From the human T2T-CHM13v2.0 reference genome, Homo sapiens, in the NCBI RefSeq assembly GCF_009914755.1, contig NC_060934.1: DNA of 64,000 nucleotides. One strand, 5' to 3'. Of this stretch, positions 14,150 to 28,660 are shown in pieces (within the stretch, counting starts at the first letter, position 1; every line of letters starts with the position of its first letter). The notes below the pieces were generated by a model that did no database searches, was not told where the DNA came from, and was given only the letters and a program-made list of their open reading frames with translations. Both the position numbers and the translations under genes were made by a program.

Positions 14150-15740
14150 AAAAATATTAAAAGTGAGAGATAAGCTTGTAATTGGTTAAAATCAAATTGT
14201 AAAAGTCTCAATTTCAGGCTAACAAGGTTTCACATTATTCTACCACACAATGTAAGTCATTTCAATATTTTCCACAAATGGAAGACAGGATTCACATTTC
14301 TGAACAGGAAGATGAGCTCTCATAATTATATACAAAATAGATTGCAGATTTATGGAGGCAACTGTTAACATAGATAATAATTATTCTATGATAATGACAT
14401 TAGGTACCAATATTTATCAAATGTTTAACTATAGTCTATGCAGTGTGCCAGAAGAGATACATACTGCCTGAAATGCACACATATTTAACATTATGTATAT
14501 AATATTATGTCATATATTATATAACAACACATTCTGAATACTAAAATTCACTAAGAATTAGTGTTTTCCTACTGGTTTTCAGATAGGGACATTGACTTAG
14601 CTGGCTTAACTACATATTCACAAAGCCAATACTTTGTAACTTATTTGGAATTCAACTACAAAGAGAGGAATATAGAAATACAGTGCAAGGCAGGAGGGAG
14701 GTAAATTAATGTTATGAGCAATATGGACCTGGGCCAGGAAAATAGCCTTATACTAAGTGGAAAAGCATAGATGATAGAAGTTACATCACTTAGGTAGTCG
14801 TGGCTTTAAAGAGAGAATGAGGGGGAGAAATTGAAAATGCCTGAAAGCTTGAAGGAGAAGTCAATATCTGGAGGATATTTTTGTGGGAAGACAGATGGCA
14901 TAGTCAGTTTTCATTTTCAGGTATCAAAATAATAGCCAGTTAGAAGAAGTTTAAAACATAAAAGTTGGACTTAAGGGAATGAAGAATATAGGAGACAGGA
15001 AAGAAATGACATCTTACTACTGCACATTTTGTTTTGGAAAGTGTGTATATTGGGATGATAATTAAAGCCATTATAGTCCAAGAAAAGGGCATATAAAAAA
15101 CAGGCACGGGCCAAAGATAAATTATTGAGGAACATCTGCATTTGGAGCATAAGAGAAAGATGGGATAGGAGTATGTGAAAGTTGAGTCACAATGTAATGG
15201 ATGAAAGGTTAGCTGGTAGTAGTAAAACAGAGATAACAAGCAAATTTTTAAAATAGTTTTTAAATCATGAAAAATAAGATAATAATGCAATAACTTCAGA
15301 GGGAAAAACTACGAGGGAGTTCTGTGTTTTTCTTTTTTGGGAAAGGACAGGAGGGTGACATGCTTTACAGTTAGAGAAAGAACTAGTTGGCAATCAAAAT
15401 ATTAAAAATGCAAAGAGAAAAACAGAAAATTGCTAGAGTGGGATCTCAGAAGGGAGTAAATGAGATCAAGAGCAAAGTCACACTGTCTAGATTTAAAGAT
15501 ATCTACTTTCTTTTCTGAGACAAAAAAGAGTAAACTAAAAATATATCAGAGGTGAATGAGGGGGTGGGGAGTTCCTGTTGAATGATTTCCCCAACCTTGA
15601 CAGCTAGAAATTTCTGTCCTATGAAAAGTAGGTGAAGTTGGATTGTTATTGAGGGCTTCTATTTGGGGTGAAAAGGTTTGTTAAGAGTATATATGAGAAA
15701 TGTGAGGAGGAACAATCAAAGTTGAAATAAAGAATGTTAC
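14150..15740 (-). mobile_element. Degraded L2 fragments with an embedded MIR-like piece (~14400-14630)
   Basis: Purine-rich antisense-L2-like tracts. Boundaries uncertain. Confidence 0.4.
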
Positions 15741-16194
15741 ATAATAGAACCTCACAACTTCTCTCCCCCTGTTATAGGTATTCAGTATGCATAGATCATA
15801 GTTCATAATATAGCGATAGGACTCTAATTTAGGAGAGTAGTTTTAAAATACCACTCTGGTGTTTATTTGCTGTGTTTATAATTCTTGTTCAATTAGATTA
15901 AATTTGTCATTTACCATAGCACGTGTATCATCCAAGTAGCTGAGGTAGTATAATTTTTTTGTCAATTATATTTTAATATTTTTCAATATACTGATTCATT
16001 CAGCAAATAATTATTAAGTGAATTTCTTCCTATTCAATCTTGTGTTAAGTATTGGGGAGGAAAAATAGAATGTTACTTTGATATTTCAGCATCATAATAA
16101 GTATTAATCTTACATGCAACCACAAAAAACTCAATCTGTGCCAGATTTTACTTTAAAACCTCAAGCAAAGGTCAATATCAGCAAAAGTAATTGA

Positions 16195-16430
16195 ACTCAT
16201 GTATTGACCACTTACTTTGGGATACATTTTCTGCTAAATATTTCCATATATTCTCTCCTTAACTCTCAGGTTAACTGTATGATGTAGTACTATTATTTTT
16301 CTCATTTTATAGAAAAGGAAACCAACAAAAGAGGTTAAGTAAATTGCTAATGATAATATGGCTAAAAATAGTGGAACTAACTTGAACCAAATCTTTGTGA
16401 TTCCCAAACTGGTTTATTTTACTAGGGCAA
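16195..16430 (-). mobile_element. MIR SINE
   Basis: attgaccacttac...cattttatagaaaaggaaacc...gaggttaagtaaattgc core. Confidence 0.75.
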
Positions 16431-19400
16431 TACTAAAGAAAATAAAAAGTAAGTAAATCTAAGAAGAAAATTTCAAAGGATGAATGACTCTCAATAAGAA
16501 TACTGTCTGAGCTCAACGACACGTCTAAAACTAAAATCAAACAGACAAAATGACCTCACGTGCACAAACACATACTACCTGAAAAAGAAAGCATTTATCT
16601 TTATAACAAAGACAAATTTTGAGAATTTGGAAATTCAATAACATATCGTGACTTTATAAAACAGCTACATTTAACTTTAAATATTAAAAGCAAAAATATG
16701 GAACACAAGGCTAGCCAATATCCAGACTTTGCATTTTTTTTCTTGAAATGTGATCATTACGTCTTCATCTTCCAGTGATGCTCATCTGAGCATAAAAGGA
16801 ATTGACAATTCATGAAGATGCAACCATATTCATGTCTAAGTTTCTCTGGCAAATTATACAGATTCTCTGAAAATTATACAAATTTTCAGCCTGTTTTTGT
16901 CTGGTGTTGTAAGCTACACGAAACTTTTAAAGATCGTACATGTTTATCTGCTTCTAGTGATAGATAACTACATATCACCAACAACTTTCATATATCATAT
17001 TTGACAACATTGTTAAATATTAATCCATATTCTGATTTAAAGTGCTTTTTCTGTTTCACGTAATCATAGTGAAAACATTTACTTAACCATTTTAAAATTG
17101 CATTCAAATTTTTTTGAGTCTTTCCATAAACTTGGGAAACAATTAAAATATTATTAATACTGCATTGTACCAATAAGGAGAGTGAGACTTGAGTGATTGA
17201 GTAACTTGCTGTAAGTTGCCCTGCACATTTGAAAATTGAGGGCTGTAATTAAGAATAAATGTTTCTGTATCATCATTCTTACTCTTCAGCATTGTTCTTT
17301 AAATAAAATTCCCGGCCATATTTTCTGTCCTTGTACCTAGAACAAATATCTACAGGATAAGAATGTTAGGTTGTTCCTTTTACATATCCCAAATACCCAA
17401 AATAGTATCTGTTATGTTTTATATAAATATGTGTGTATAATATACATATATATATGAATATGCATGTATATATATAAATACAATTGTCCTATCCACTAGT
17501 AATTTTGCTTCAGCAGATGTAGTGTGGTGCTGACAATCAGGTTTAAATAAACGATGTAGTTTTCTAAAAGCAGAAATTTGATTAGCTCTTCTATATGTAC
17601 ACTAGACTCAACACTTCTGTGCTGAGCTGAAGTGTAATGAATGCAGATAAAACAAAATAAGAAAAATAGGAGAGACAGGAAAACTTTGGTAAAGAATATT
17701 AGGGGAGAAAATCAAACTAAACAAAAAAATCGAAACAAAATAACCCTAATGGCCTAGAAAGCACCCTAATGTGGTCTTGGTCAATCAATGGTAACTGCCT
17801 GTTCCTTCTATTCCTGTTGCCCATTCTTGTGTATTTGAATTCGTAGAAGTGCTGCACCAACTTTTCTCTCTGTTTAATTCTTGACACTTCTATGTAGACA
17901 ATGATGGGTAAGGGAATGTGGTTGAGGAGAAAGGAGAAACTACCTAAAGAGCAACAAAAGTTGAAGCAGCCAGTTGCCCCAAGGTCCAAAAGAACTTGAC
18001 TCTGAGAAAGAAAAGACAGCCAATAGTGATGAAAGAAACTGAACTTTCCTAATCCTAAAACAAGAGAGTGATGACGTGGTCCCACCAAGATTTCAAAGAC
18101 GTGAATAAAAGCTCACACCCTAACTGTAATATTATTATCATTTCTTCAATTATTCTTTAAGAAATTGATGGAATATGAGTTTAAAATATTTTGTCTTACA
18201 CAAGTTAGGCTGATGAGCTGGTTAAGATTTTATAATGTTTTGGACACATAGAAATTAAGTCACTTTCCAAAAATATGAATACTCATATGTAGGCAGGTGG
18301 TGTAAATTAGAAGTTGGGTGCCAACATGTGCCTGTCTTTAGTTTGCAATGCTGTATTTACTGCAAAGGAGAACCACAGAGCAGCCATTATCATCATGTGT
18401 GGGATCTTAACACATGCCAGAGGGCTGAGGAATCATACAGAGAGCACGAGTCTCAGTTTCCTCAAATCATCTGTCTGTTTGATTTTTCTTGAGAAGTTTC
18501 TACAGTGGTGAAGTTGAGGGATATTTTGTAGAATAAACACAGCTAATATTTCTAAGATTAAAATGAGCTGCAAAAGATTCCTGGATAATACAAGGCTTAG
18601 CAAATTGAGTCATGACTTAAGAGAAACAATCTGGACGCTGAGCTCAGAAAAGAACTAGGAAAGACAGAAAAACAATTAAATACAACAAAATATTTTTGGA
18701 AAAGTTAGATCAAGTAAGAGAGAAACATATCACAGTTCTTAAATTTATATTTTAAACTAAACCATCAAATTAGAAACTTAGTAAGTTCTGTTTTGTTTAT
18801 TTAAACTAATAAATATTACTTACAATGAATCACAAATTGTCATAGGCAGCAATAAAGAAACATTCTGTGAATTTTCACGAATAGAAAAATTGCATTAGAA
18901 ATAATGGGAGCAAATCAAATGAATGGATCAGAATAATGATGTTTGCAGAAGTTAGGGGAAGATAAAATAATTATACATATATGTATAGAAAATAAATGGT
19001 AAAAGAAGCAAGCTGTAAATTTAAACTTCCAAAATAATGTTAATGCAAAAATACATTAATTAAATACAATTTAGGATAAGAGAATTAGAAAAAAACTATA
19101 AATAATGCTATTCCTTGAAAAGAAATGCAGATTTTTTTTTTCAATCACATAAAATGCTCAAAGTAGGCACACAAGACCTTGCCTAGTGAAAGTCCTTTAT
19201 CCCAAACAAATTGATGACACTGTAAGATTTGTTTATACCTGCCTTGTATAGTTTAGTTGTTAAAGGCAGAAAGACCTGAATTTGAAATCCATCTCTACCT
19301 GTATTTTAAGCTAGTGCTTTATTTACATGCTGATTCTAAATGAGCAAATACATCATAATCTGTGTTGTTAGGAAACAGTGTTTAAAGATTTAATAAAAAA

Positions 19401-19707
19401 TGCACTGGTATACAGTTTATAACTCCATGTGTAAACCGAAGACCTCAGTACATTGTATTCATAGTTTCTGTACTAGCCAGATTACTCCCAGCTAAAAGTA
19501 AGACAATCAGTAATAAAATTAGCTAAAAATAGAGAAATTTATCATCTCATATAAAAGGAAGCAGGGTAGGCTTCAGGATTATTTGTTTTAAATTGGTTAT
19601 TTCAAGACCTCATCAAAAGTCAAAGCCTTTCAACTTTGTGGGCATGAGTCTCAGACCGGCATTAAAAAGACAACTGTAGGGCTTGGTGTCAGATTCAGGA
19701 AAGGAGG

Positions 19708-22286
19708 GGCTGTGGTTTGAATATGTCCCTTCTAGAATTCAGATGTTGCCAATGTGATAGTATTTAGAAGGTGAGGTTTTTTAGAGGTGATTGGGCCATA
19801 AGGCCCAATTGTGACTGTGCCCTTATAAAAAGGTTTGACTAAGGCAGTTTGTCTTTTTTGCCATTCTACCTTCCACCATGTGAGGATACAGTGTTCCTCC
19901 CCTCTGGAGGACGCAGGACTCACCAGACAACCAAACCTGCCAGTGCCTTGATCTTGGACTTTCCAACCCCCAGAGCTATGAGAAAAACACATTTTTGTTC
20001 TTTATAAATTACCCAGTCTGTACACACACACACAAATGAACTAAGACAGAAATTGATACAGGGATTGGACTATTGTTGTAACAAATATCTAAAAATGTGG
20101 AAGCAAGCTTTGGAACAGGGTAATGTATAGAGACTGGAAGAGTTTTGAAGGGATTGCTAGAAAAAGCCTCTATTGATATAAACTGAAAATTACGGGGGAT
20201 CTACCAAGGGCTCAGAAGAGGAGAACTGCAGGGGAAGCCTCAGTTGTCTTAGTGATTACCTAAGTGGTCATGACTAGAATACTGGTTGAAATATGAACAA
20301 TAAAGGCCATTCTGATTAGGTCCCAGATGGAAATGAGGAAGATCTTATTGGAATTTGTAGAAAAGGCTATCCTGGTTTACAAAGTGGCAAAGGCTAGGCT
20401 GTCTGTGTCCTAGGACTTTGTGAAAGGCAGCACTTAAGAATGACTAATTAGGATATCTGACAAAAAAATATCTCTTAGTAGAAAATTGCTGAGGGAGATA
20501 CCAGGGATTTGTTAACTGATTATGGTAAAATGTGAGAAGAGCTAAAAAATTAAAAGACAGAATTTAACCCACTTACACCTAGTGTTCCATTATTGGAATG
20601 CTAAGCTTGTGGGAGTTATTTATACCCTGCTTCTCAAGGTCATCACCAAGGCCTGATTTTTGACAAAAATATTTGCCACATCTGGCATAAATGAGTTAAA
20701 ATCAAAAGGAAAGCAAAATGTAAAAATCTGTAAAATTCCCAGGCTGGCCACATAAACAATGAAAATAAAAATCTGTCTAGCAGAGAAAACCAAGGGATGG
20801 GTCATCTACTATTAGATAAGGAGACTAGTTTGGATAGACGGGTGCCAGGTGCTATTCATCAAGACAGTGGGAGAGTGACTCTGAAGACATTTCAGGGTTT
20901 TTAAATGCTGTCATGCCCACCACAGGTCCAAAGTGCCAGGGCCTTGGTGGCAGAACAGTTTCAAGTGAGGAAGAGCTCAGGTTACCTGTGGAATTTCAGT
21001 ACTCCAAATGTTCTTGAAGCCCAGAACTCCTTCAAGTCTCTGCACCCATTGTTTTTGTACAGTGCTAATTGGCTGCTTCAGTTGTGGTGTAGGTGGCCCA
21101 GTTGTGCCTGAAATCAATGTTCCAGAGGGTGCAAGCATTGAGCCCTAACCATGCCACCATGATGCTAAATCTTCAGTCAAGCAGAGTGCATGAGCTGTGG
21201 AGGCTTGGATTTCAAATCATCTCTACCTGGACTTCAAGTGATACCTCGGAGAGCCTCAGGTTCTAGGCAGAGAATTTTGTCACGGGCGGGAGCACCAAAG
21301 AGAGTCCTCAAAGGGAGAGGCATAGTGCAGGAGGGGGCAGGGGGACAGCTACATCACAGATAGCACCCACTAGGGCAATGATTGATGGAGTTGTGGCAGC
21401 AGGGCCGCTCGAGAGGCCAAAGCCTGGGAGAGCCACAGGCACTGAACTCCCACCCATGAGAGCTGAAGGGAGCTGTACCCAGCAAAGCCATGCTAATAGG
21501 GTCCTCTGGGGCATTTGGGGCCCAACCTTACCCCAGTGTGTCCAGGAAGTGGGCCATGGAGTCAAAGATTGTTCACATGTGGTTTGCCTCACTGTGTTTT
21601 GGACTCACTTGGGACCTATTACCCCTTTCTTCTTGCCTACTTCTCCCCTTTGGAATATAAACGACTGTCTTGTGTCTGTCTTACCATTACATTTTGAAAA
21701 CATGTAACTTGTTTGCTTTCACAGGTTCAGAGCTGGAGAACAATTTACCCCAGGATGAAACACTCTTGAGTTTCACTTATATGATGTTTAGATGAGACTT
21801 TGGACTTAGACTTTAAAGTTGATTCTGAAACAAGTAAAGAGTTTTTGGAGCTATTAAGATGGAATAAATGAATTTTTTTTAATGTGAAAAAATCATGAAT
21901 GTGAGGGAGCTAGGGATATAATGCTATGGTTTGAATGTGTCCTCTCCGAAATTCAGGCGTTGCCAATGTGATAGTATTAAGGGGTAAGGCCTTTAAAAAG
22001 GGATTAGGCCATAAGGGCTCTTCCCTTCTGAATGGGATTAGATGTCTTTATTAAAGGGCTTGATGGAGGGAGTTTGCCCCTTTTGTCCCTTCACCTTCTA
22101 TCATGTGAGGGTACAGCATTCCTCCTCCTAGTGGATGTGGCCTTACCAGACAAACAAACCTGTCAGTTCCTTGATCTTGGACTTCCCAACCTTTAGAACT
22201 CTGAGAAAAAAAAAAAAATCTTTGTTTTGCTTTTATAAATTACCCAGTGTGGTATTTCATTATTGCAGCCCAAAAGGACTCAGAAA
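19708..22286 (+). mobile_element. MST (MSTC-like) ERVL-MaLR provirus: 5' LTR 19708-20048, internal 20049-21921, 3' LTR 21922-22286
   Basis: Two homologous LTRs (tggtttgaat.tgtcc...ttgccaatgtgatagtatt...cttgatcttggactt...ataaattacccagt) flank a MaLR internal region starting gaaattgatac...aaaatgtggaagc. Confidence 0.9.
20568..20695 (+). mobile_element. MER85 non-autonomous piggyBac element
   Basis: TTAA TSDs at 20564-20567 and 20696-20699; TIRs cccacttacacct / ggcataaatgag; internal gttccattattggaat palindrome. Confidence 0.93.
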
Positions 22287-23429
22287 AATAGAGTTCAGAG
22301 TGATAAATACACTGTATTTTCTTAAACTACTTTTTCTTTAGGAAGCAAGAGATTACCTACTGACCCAACAAGTGAAGGGTTATAATGCATAAAAATAATA
22401 CTTTTTCCTGTGTGATTTATTTTTCCTGAATGACAAAGCATTCCTAACAGTGAGAGTTGAATGTTATTTCAGGAAATAGGGAAGGAGGTAATGTGCCCCG
22501 TCACTGACAATGTTAAAATGATCAATTGCAGATATTCTAGAGCAGACTCAAGAACTTGAGACAAATATATAAATCTTAGATTACTTTGGCATATTTTTTT
22601 GTTTTCTTTGTAAGTTACCATTTATTAAGCATGCATTTATTGACTGCCTACTATACGCCAACCAGTAGAAGGACACAATTATTTCACTTTAGGCACAAAC
22701 TCAAAGTAGGCACTGGAGATACAAAACATGAATAGATCAATTCCTGTTGGCACTATTTAGAAATTAAAGAGAATCTAGAGTCTAAAAACTAATAAGAATA
22801 AATAAAATATGTCATTTACATTTAATTTATAGAATGAAACACAGTAAACAGACATTCTAAAAAATACAATTATGTTTTATAAAAACCTGTGATATGTCAT
22901 CATTTTGATAAACACCCTTTTTGGTGAAATCTTATATTGCAATTATTGTATTTATATTTATTAATGCATTTTATACATGTTAGTTAAATTTACTACTTCA
23001 TATAAATATCTAACATTTAGATTCCAAATTAAGCTCAAAATAATGGAAAAGATATTGTAATGAGGAATAGGAAAGAAGAGGCTGATAATAATAGCCAGTT
23101 TCTCTGGAGGCATGATCTGGGAGGATACAGCTGCTTTCCTTTAAGCAGTGGCCAGTGTCTTCAGAAAAGAAATGTTTTTATGTATCTTTACATGAAATAG
23201 ATAGATACTATTTCAAATTACAAATTAACTCCAACATAGGGAATCTTAATATAATGATCAAGGTATGTACTCTAAATCTTTTTAAAAGAACTCTGATCTT
23301 CATTTAAACTTAATTTCAAAATGAAGAGTAAACATTAGCATGTTGAGTGGATAATTAAAAAATAAATTATATTCTTATAGCATTATTTTTGCATGCAATT
23401 AGCATTGCATTCTCTGCTTGAAGGATAAT

Positions 23430-23810
23430 TCATACAACCCATTACACTGTCCCAAATAAAAACTTCCTGGGCACAGCCTATCTTGTCTTTCCTTACACTG
23501 ATTCATTTTCTGGAAGACCATTTTGTTCCTTTTTCCCTTTTTCTTACTTGTGAATTTTTACTAACTTAAGGCCCAGTTCATATTATCCTCTCTGTAAAGA
23601 CTTCCCTTGAGACCCAAATAAATTTGTTGTTCCCTCCAATATGTTCATAATCCTACTATACCATGCATCACAGCGTAATAAAGTTAACTATTCATGGTAC
23701 TCTGGGACTTTCTTGGGGCAAAAGCAAGAGCAACATTGCATTTAATTTTGCATTTTTAAAAATATTATAGATACTTAGAAAAGGAGGATGCTCAATAAAT
23801 GCTTATTCAG
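23430..23810 (+). mobile_element. L2 3' fragment
   Basis: aaggcccagttcatatt...tcctctctgtaaagacttccc...gatgctcaataaatgcttatt. Confidence 0.6.
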
Positions 23811-24103
23811 TAAATGAGGTATGGATAATTATGCAAACAGCCAAAGACTTTACTTAAATTTTGGCTGAACGGAAGGACATCACAAAGTTTTTCATAAATT
23901 ATATGAATATGTGTGATAATGTAAACAAAATAGAAGAGAAAAATGCTCCACTGATGGCCATAGGGGGTAGCCAGAGTGTGAATGTCCAATTTTTTTTATA
24001 ATACTTTGGTCATGACCTATGATTGAATAGATATATTAAGAATGAGAAGGAATAAAATTATTCGTCACATTTATTCTCTTAACAATTAGTTAATTGTACA
24101 CCT

Positions 24104-24467
24104 TGCTACGGTTTGAATGTGTCCCCCCAAAGGCATGTGTTAGAAACTTAATCCCCCAAGGAACAGTATTGAGAGGTAGAGACTAATGGGAGGTCTTTAG
24201 GTCAGAGGGCTCCACTCTCATCAGTGGATTAATGGATTAATGCCCATTATGAAAGGACTTGAGACAATGAGTTCAGTCTCTTGCTGTATATCACCATTTC
24301 TTTTCCTTTCCGCCATGAGATGATGAAGCAAGAAGGCTTTTGCTAGATGCTGACCTCTTATTCTTGGACTTCCCAGCCTCCAAAAACATGAATCAATAAA
24401 TTTCTGTTAATTACAAATTACCTAGACTGTAGTGTTCGGTTATAGCAGCACAAAACACACTGAAATA
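24104..24467 (+). mobile_element. MST-family solo LTR (MaLR)
   Basis: tgctacggtttgaatgtgtcccccc ... cttggacttcccagcctcc ... gttatagcagcacaaaac. Confidence 0.88.
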
Positions 24468-25362
24468 ACTATTACACTTATTATGCACAAATCGCACTAA
24501 AGCCATACTGGTTTATTTTAGAATGTACAATTTCCCCAGATAAGACAAGCTCCGGTATGTTAAGAGTCTTAGCTTAGACAGATTCTGGTTCCCTACTCTG
24601 TAGTATAGAAATTTGATCCACTTCCAGGTACCAGAAAATATGAGCTCTGAGTTTATGGTCCCGCTCACATTTCAGCTCGCACCAGCCTGTGGAAGATTTG
24701 TGGCAGTATATCCCTCCTCAGCCACTCCTTCTCAAGTTCTGTACTCTGAAAGCAACTGCAATTTCCTTGACTTTTGCTGCATTCAGCAAAGTCAAAGAAT
24801 ATTTGACAAAGAATATTTGTCCTCAGAAGATCTGTTAACCAATGTGTAACTCTAGCTTTCTATGTGTTTCTCAAAAACATATCGTATATTTATCTAAACT
24901 ATAAACAATAAACTTAAAAAACAAGCATATTGTTAATGAATTTAGATGAAATATCCATCTATTATTTTAGATGGATTGTATAAAATTCACCTTGTATGAG
25001 AGAAATTAAAAGGCACTTTATCTGTGTTAGCATACCTAGGAACTAGTTACAGCAAGCTGGTTTTGTTTTGCTTTCAAAAAATTAAATATTCACCTAACAT
25101 AATTTTTTGTCTTTCAGATCAGACTTCTGATTATAAAAACATGGAAAATTGAAAATTAACCTGTCACCCCTGAAGATAAATAGTTAGACATTTTTCCCAT
25201 CACAGAATCAGAAGACATAATGTTATTTTCCAAAGAGTTGGAAGGTAAAATTCAAGCTAATCAAAACTAATTATCCCCTCCCAATAGAAAGAAGAAAAAT
25301 ATCATAAAGGATCTGATCTTTTCAGTTTTAAATATGTGGGTCAATTGTTAATGACATCTTAA

Positions 25363-25659
<297 letters not shown>

Positions 25660-27544
25660 AATGACATCTTAATTTTTAAGAAATCATAAATGTATATGAA
25701 AACCATAGTAAAATGTCTTTACATATAGCTATTTGACATCATGGATCTGAAATTAAGGACAACTAGCTGAAGTATTAGCTTAGAAAGAAAGTTCTGTTTC
25801 TGAAGATCGTAAAATATCTGCGGACTCATGGCAATGTTACCTTTTATTTGTGACTCTTAAGAAGTATACTGTTTGTCCTAATGATTTGTCTTACAGTTAC
25901 ACTATTTTCGTTCAATATCTAATAGTTTTAGCATTAAGGTAATTATCTGTCATCTTAAATGTAATATCTTTATTCTTAGCATAGTGTTATCTTGGAATGA
26001 AATATATTATCATGTTGATATTCTGTGATACCTAGCGCATATGACTTTCAGAAGTTTGTACCCATATTATTTATTCTGCTTAAATTAATTTAATAAGCAA
26101 AGCCCACAAGTAAATTTTAAATTAAGTATAATGTGGCTACACAACAACACAGAAATGATCTAGATAAAATATATTAATCACTCCTCTGGATTTCAAATTA
26201 CTTATGATTTATTCTGAATTTATTATATGGCTGTCAATGGCCACTGAGCTACCTGTTTATACACACACAACACATATATGTACCATATTTATCTATATAC
26301 ATATTCAAAAGAGCAAAAAAATAACTAAACATTTATGCTTATGTGTTTGCATGTGAGTATAGTCTTCTTTGGAATTTGATTAATAATTTCAAAATAAGAA
26401 AACTTTTATTTTCTCCAAGAGTAAATTTTTCTATAAATTGTAAAATAATTCATAATAGATATTTAAAGTACACAATCTTGCAAATAGAAGTAAAATCTTA
26501 GTTCCTATTTTGATTTAAAATGCAATATTTTAAACCTATATGGATCAGAGAATACTTTGTACTGGTCAAGGATAATCAAAAATTGCTAACTTGTTTTCTT
26601 ATGCTAACCAATGGTTGTGGGCCACACTTAAAGTGAGGCAAAACTGGAAAACATTCAAAAAGCAGAATTTAACTCTTTTATACGAGTCTGGTTATATCAG
26701 GATTTACCTTAATTAAAGCTTCTGAGAAAGTGGGCAAACCCTTAATAACCATTTGAGTTATCAAGATCTTCTGTTCTGATGGGCAGTTGTGGGACGGGGA
26801 CTCTATAGTAGTAATGATCACCACTGTTGAGTGGCATGTCCATCCAATTTGGGTGGTGAAACCTGAAACTTTTCAAAGTAGCAGTGTTGGAAGGGATTCA
26901 CTATGATCATCATATTTCAAGGCTGGAAGCAGGAATTACTGAAATCTTACCTGTTGGAAACCATATTGACCTAAACAAGAGAATTCCACAGTGTAAAAAT
27001 TCTCTGATCTTAAATCAGGAATGGGAATAAAAGAGTAAAAAAAGAATAGTTTATTCCGCTTTGTCCACCTTAACCACTATATAGTCGTCTTTATTGTTAT
27101 TATTTCTATTTTCTTCATTTCTTACAGGTGCGGTTCTAAATTGTAAATGTGGTTATCTTTTAAAAATTTTCTCATTAATTATCCCATATCTCAACATCTC
27201 TTCTTTACCATCCACACCAGCATATTCCCTCTCTACATACCTTCCCAGGTTCCGATCCAAACCTCATTACAGAAAACTAAATTAGAAATTAGATTGGAAA
27301 AAACATGTAAATCTCTCCCAGAATACAGAAAAAAAAGAGAGAAAGGTAAAAAATTAAGATGTGAGATACTGAAGGCAGAATCAGAAAGAGCTTATTTTAA
27401 TTGTGTTCATGAAGAAGAGACTAAAACAAAAAAAGACATGAGCAGATATCAGCAATGAAGAGTTTAAAGAAATGAGAAAAAAATGAATCTTAAAATGAAT
27501 CAATAAGGGCTACTGATTTTCAGGAAAATTTGAAGAATGATGCA

Positions 27545-27646
27545 AATTCTAAGAATATTTCTCTTCCAGTAGTTAGGCATATAAAAAGGAGAGTGGTGAG
27601 AATTCTAAGAATCTTCCTTTTCCAGTAGTTATGCATATAAAAAGGA
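27545..27646. repeat. Two-copy direct repeat, 56-bp period
   Basis: aattctaagaat...ttccagtagtta.gcatataaaaagga at 27545 and 27601. Confidence 0.9.
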
Positions 27647-28616
27647 ACAGAGATGCTGATAATTTTAACATAATTCCTAATGCTTTGCCTGCTTCTCAGA
27701 AGCTATGATTAAGACAAATTCTGAGAAACTCATGAATACTCCCAAATTGAAAGAGAAATTTTAATAAAGACACACCAAGCAGATTTTCTTTTTCTTATTG
27801 AGAAAACTTGAGGGAGATGGAGGAGAATGTAAAAGTGGCAAGTGTGGAGAAACTAGTGAAAAAGAGAAATCATACAATCCAAAGCAAGTTTTGATGAGTG
27901 ATATGTTACAGCGTTTATAAATGATTTAGTAAATTACGCCAATTCCTTAGTTAGAATGAAGTGACTTTGAACTAAATGACCAGACAAAAAGCACAGGACT
28001 CTGTTCATAACCCAATAAGTGTCAAGTCTACACAAAAGTGACAAAACAAACAAACAAAAAAACCCACCATCAAACCATAGGTATCCCATATGGTGGAAAA
28101 GGAGTAATGGAACATTCATCCATAGCATTTTAGAACAAATGGCTGTAAACAGAATTACCCAAATTTAACATAACCAAGAAAAAATATATTAAATTATAAA
28201 AATATATTAAATACTCCTAATAAGATCTCATGGCAATAATAATAGAAATAATGTTCTGAGACCCTTACTGTCTAATTTACAGAACTAGAACTGTAAAATC
28301 ATGTGCTCTTGTGGTTGTGCTCTTAAAAGCCAATAAGTAGGCGATAATTTGTCAATGGCAGCAATAGGAATTTCACATGTAACTGAAGGACATTTTACAC
28401 ACTCAAGCTGTGTCCAGAAAGAAAACAGACAGGCTGACACAGGCTTGAAAGAATGGTGGGCACTCTCCTGGTTGTTCTAATGGGGTTGACTATGAACTAC
28501 AGGCCCAGACTGTTCTTCCTTGTTTTACATTTACATGTCTAAGGGGCAGTGAGATTTCCCAATGCAGTGAGTGACTTGAGAGGCAGCTAGATAACATGAA
28601 TCAAAAAAAAACCAAA

Positions 28617-28622
28617 ACAACT

Positions 28623-28659
<37 letters not shown>

Positions 28660-28660
28660 A
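28617..28660. repeat. (CAA)n microsatellite
   Basis: Seen directly in the sequence. Confidence 0.95.

Noticed and set aside
17717-18088. 123-aa ORF in non-repeat DNA
   Set aside because: Non-ATG start, F/L-biased antisense-of-purine-rich composition, no recognisable homology or splice context.
21308-21707. GC-richer overlapping ORFs (94-109 aa)
   Set aside because: They lie in the MST internal region, with no recognisable domain.
27280-28250. Possible HAL1/L1M ORF1 relic
   Set aside because: A-rich and suggestive but too degraded to call by eye.
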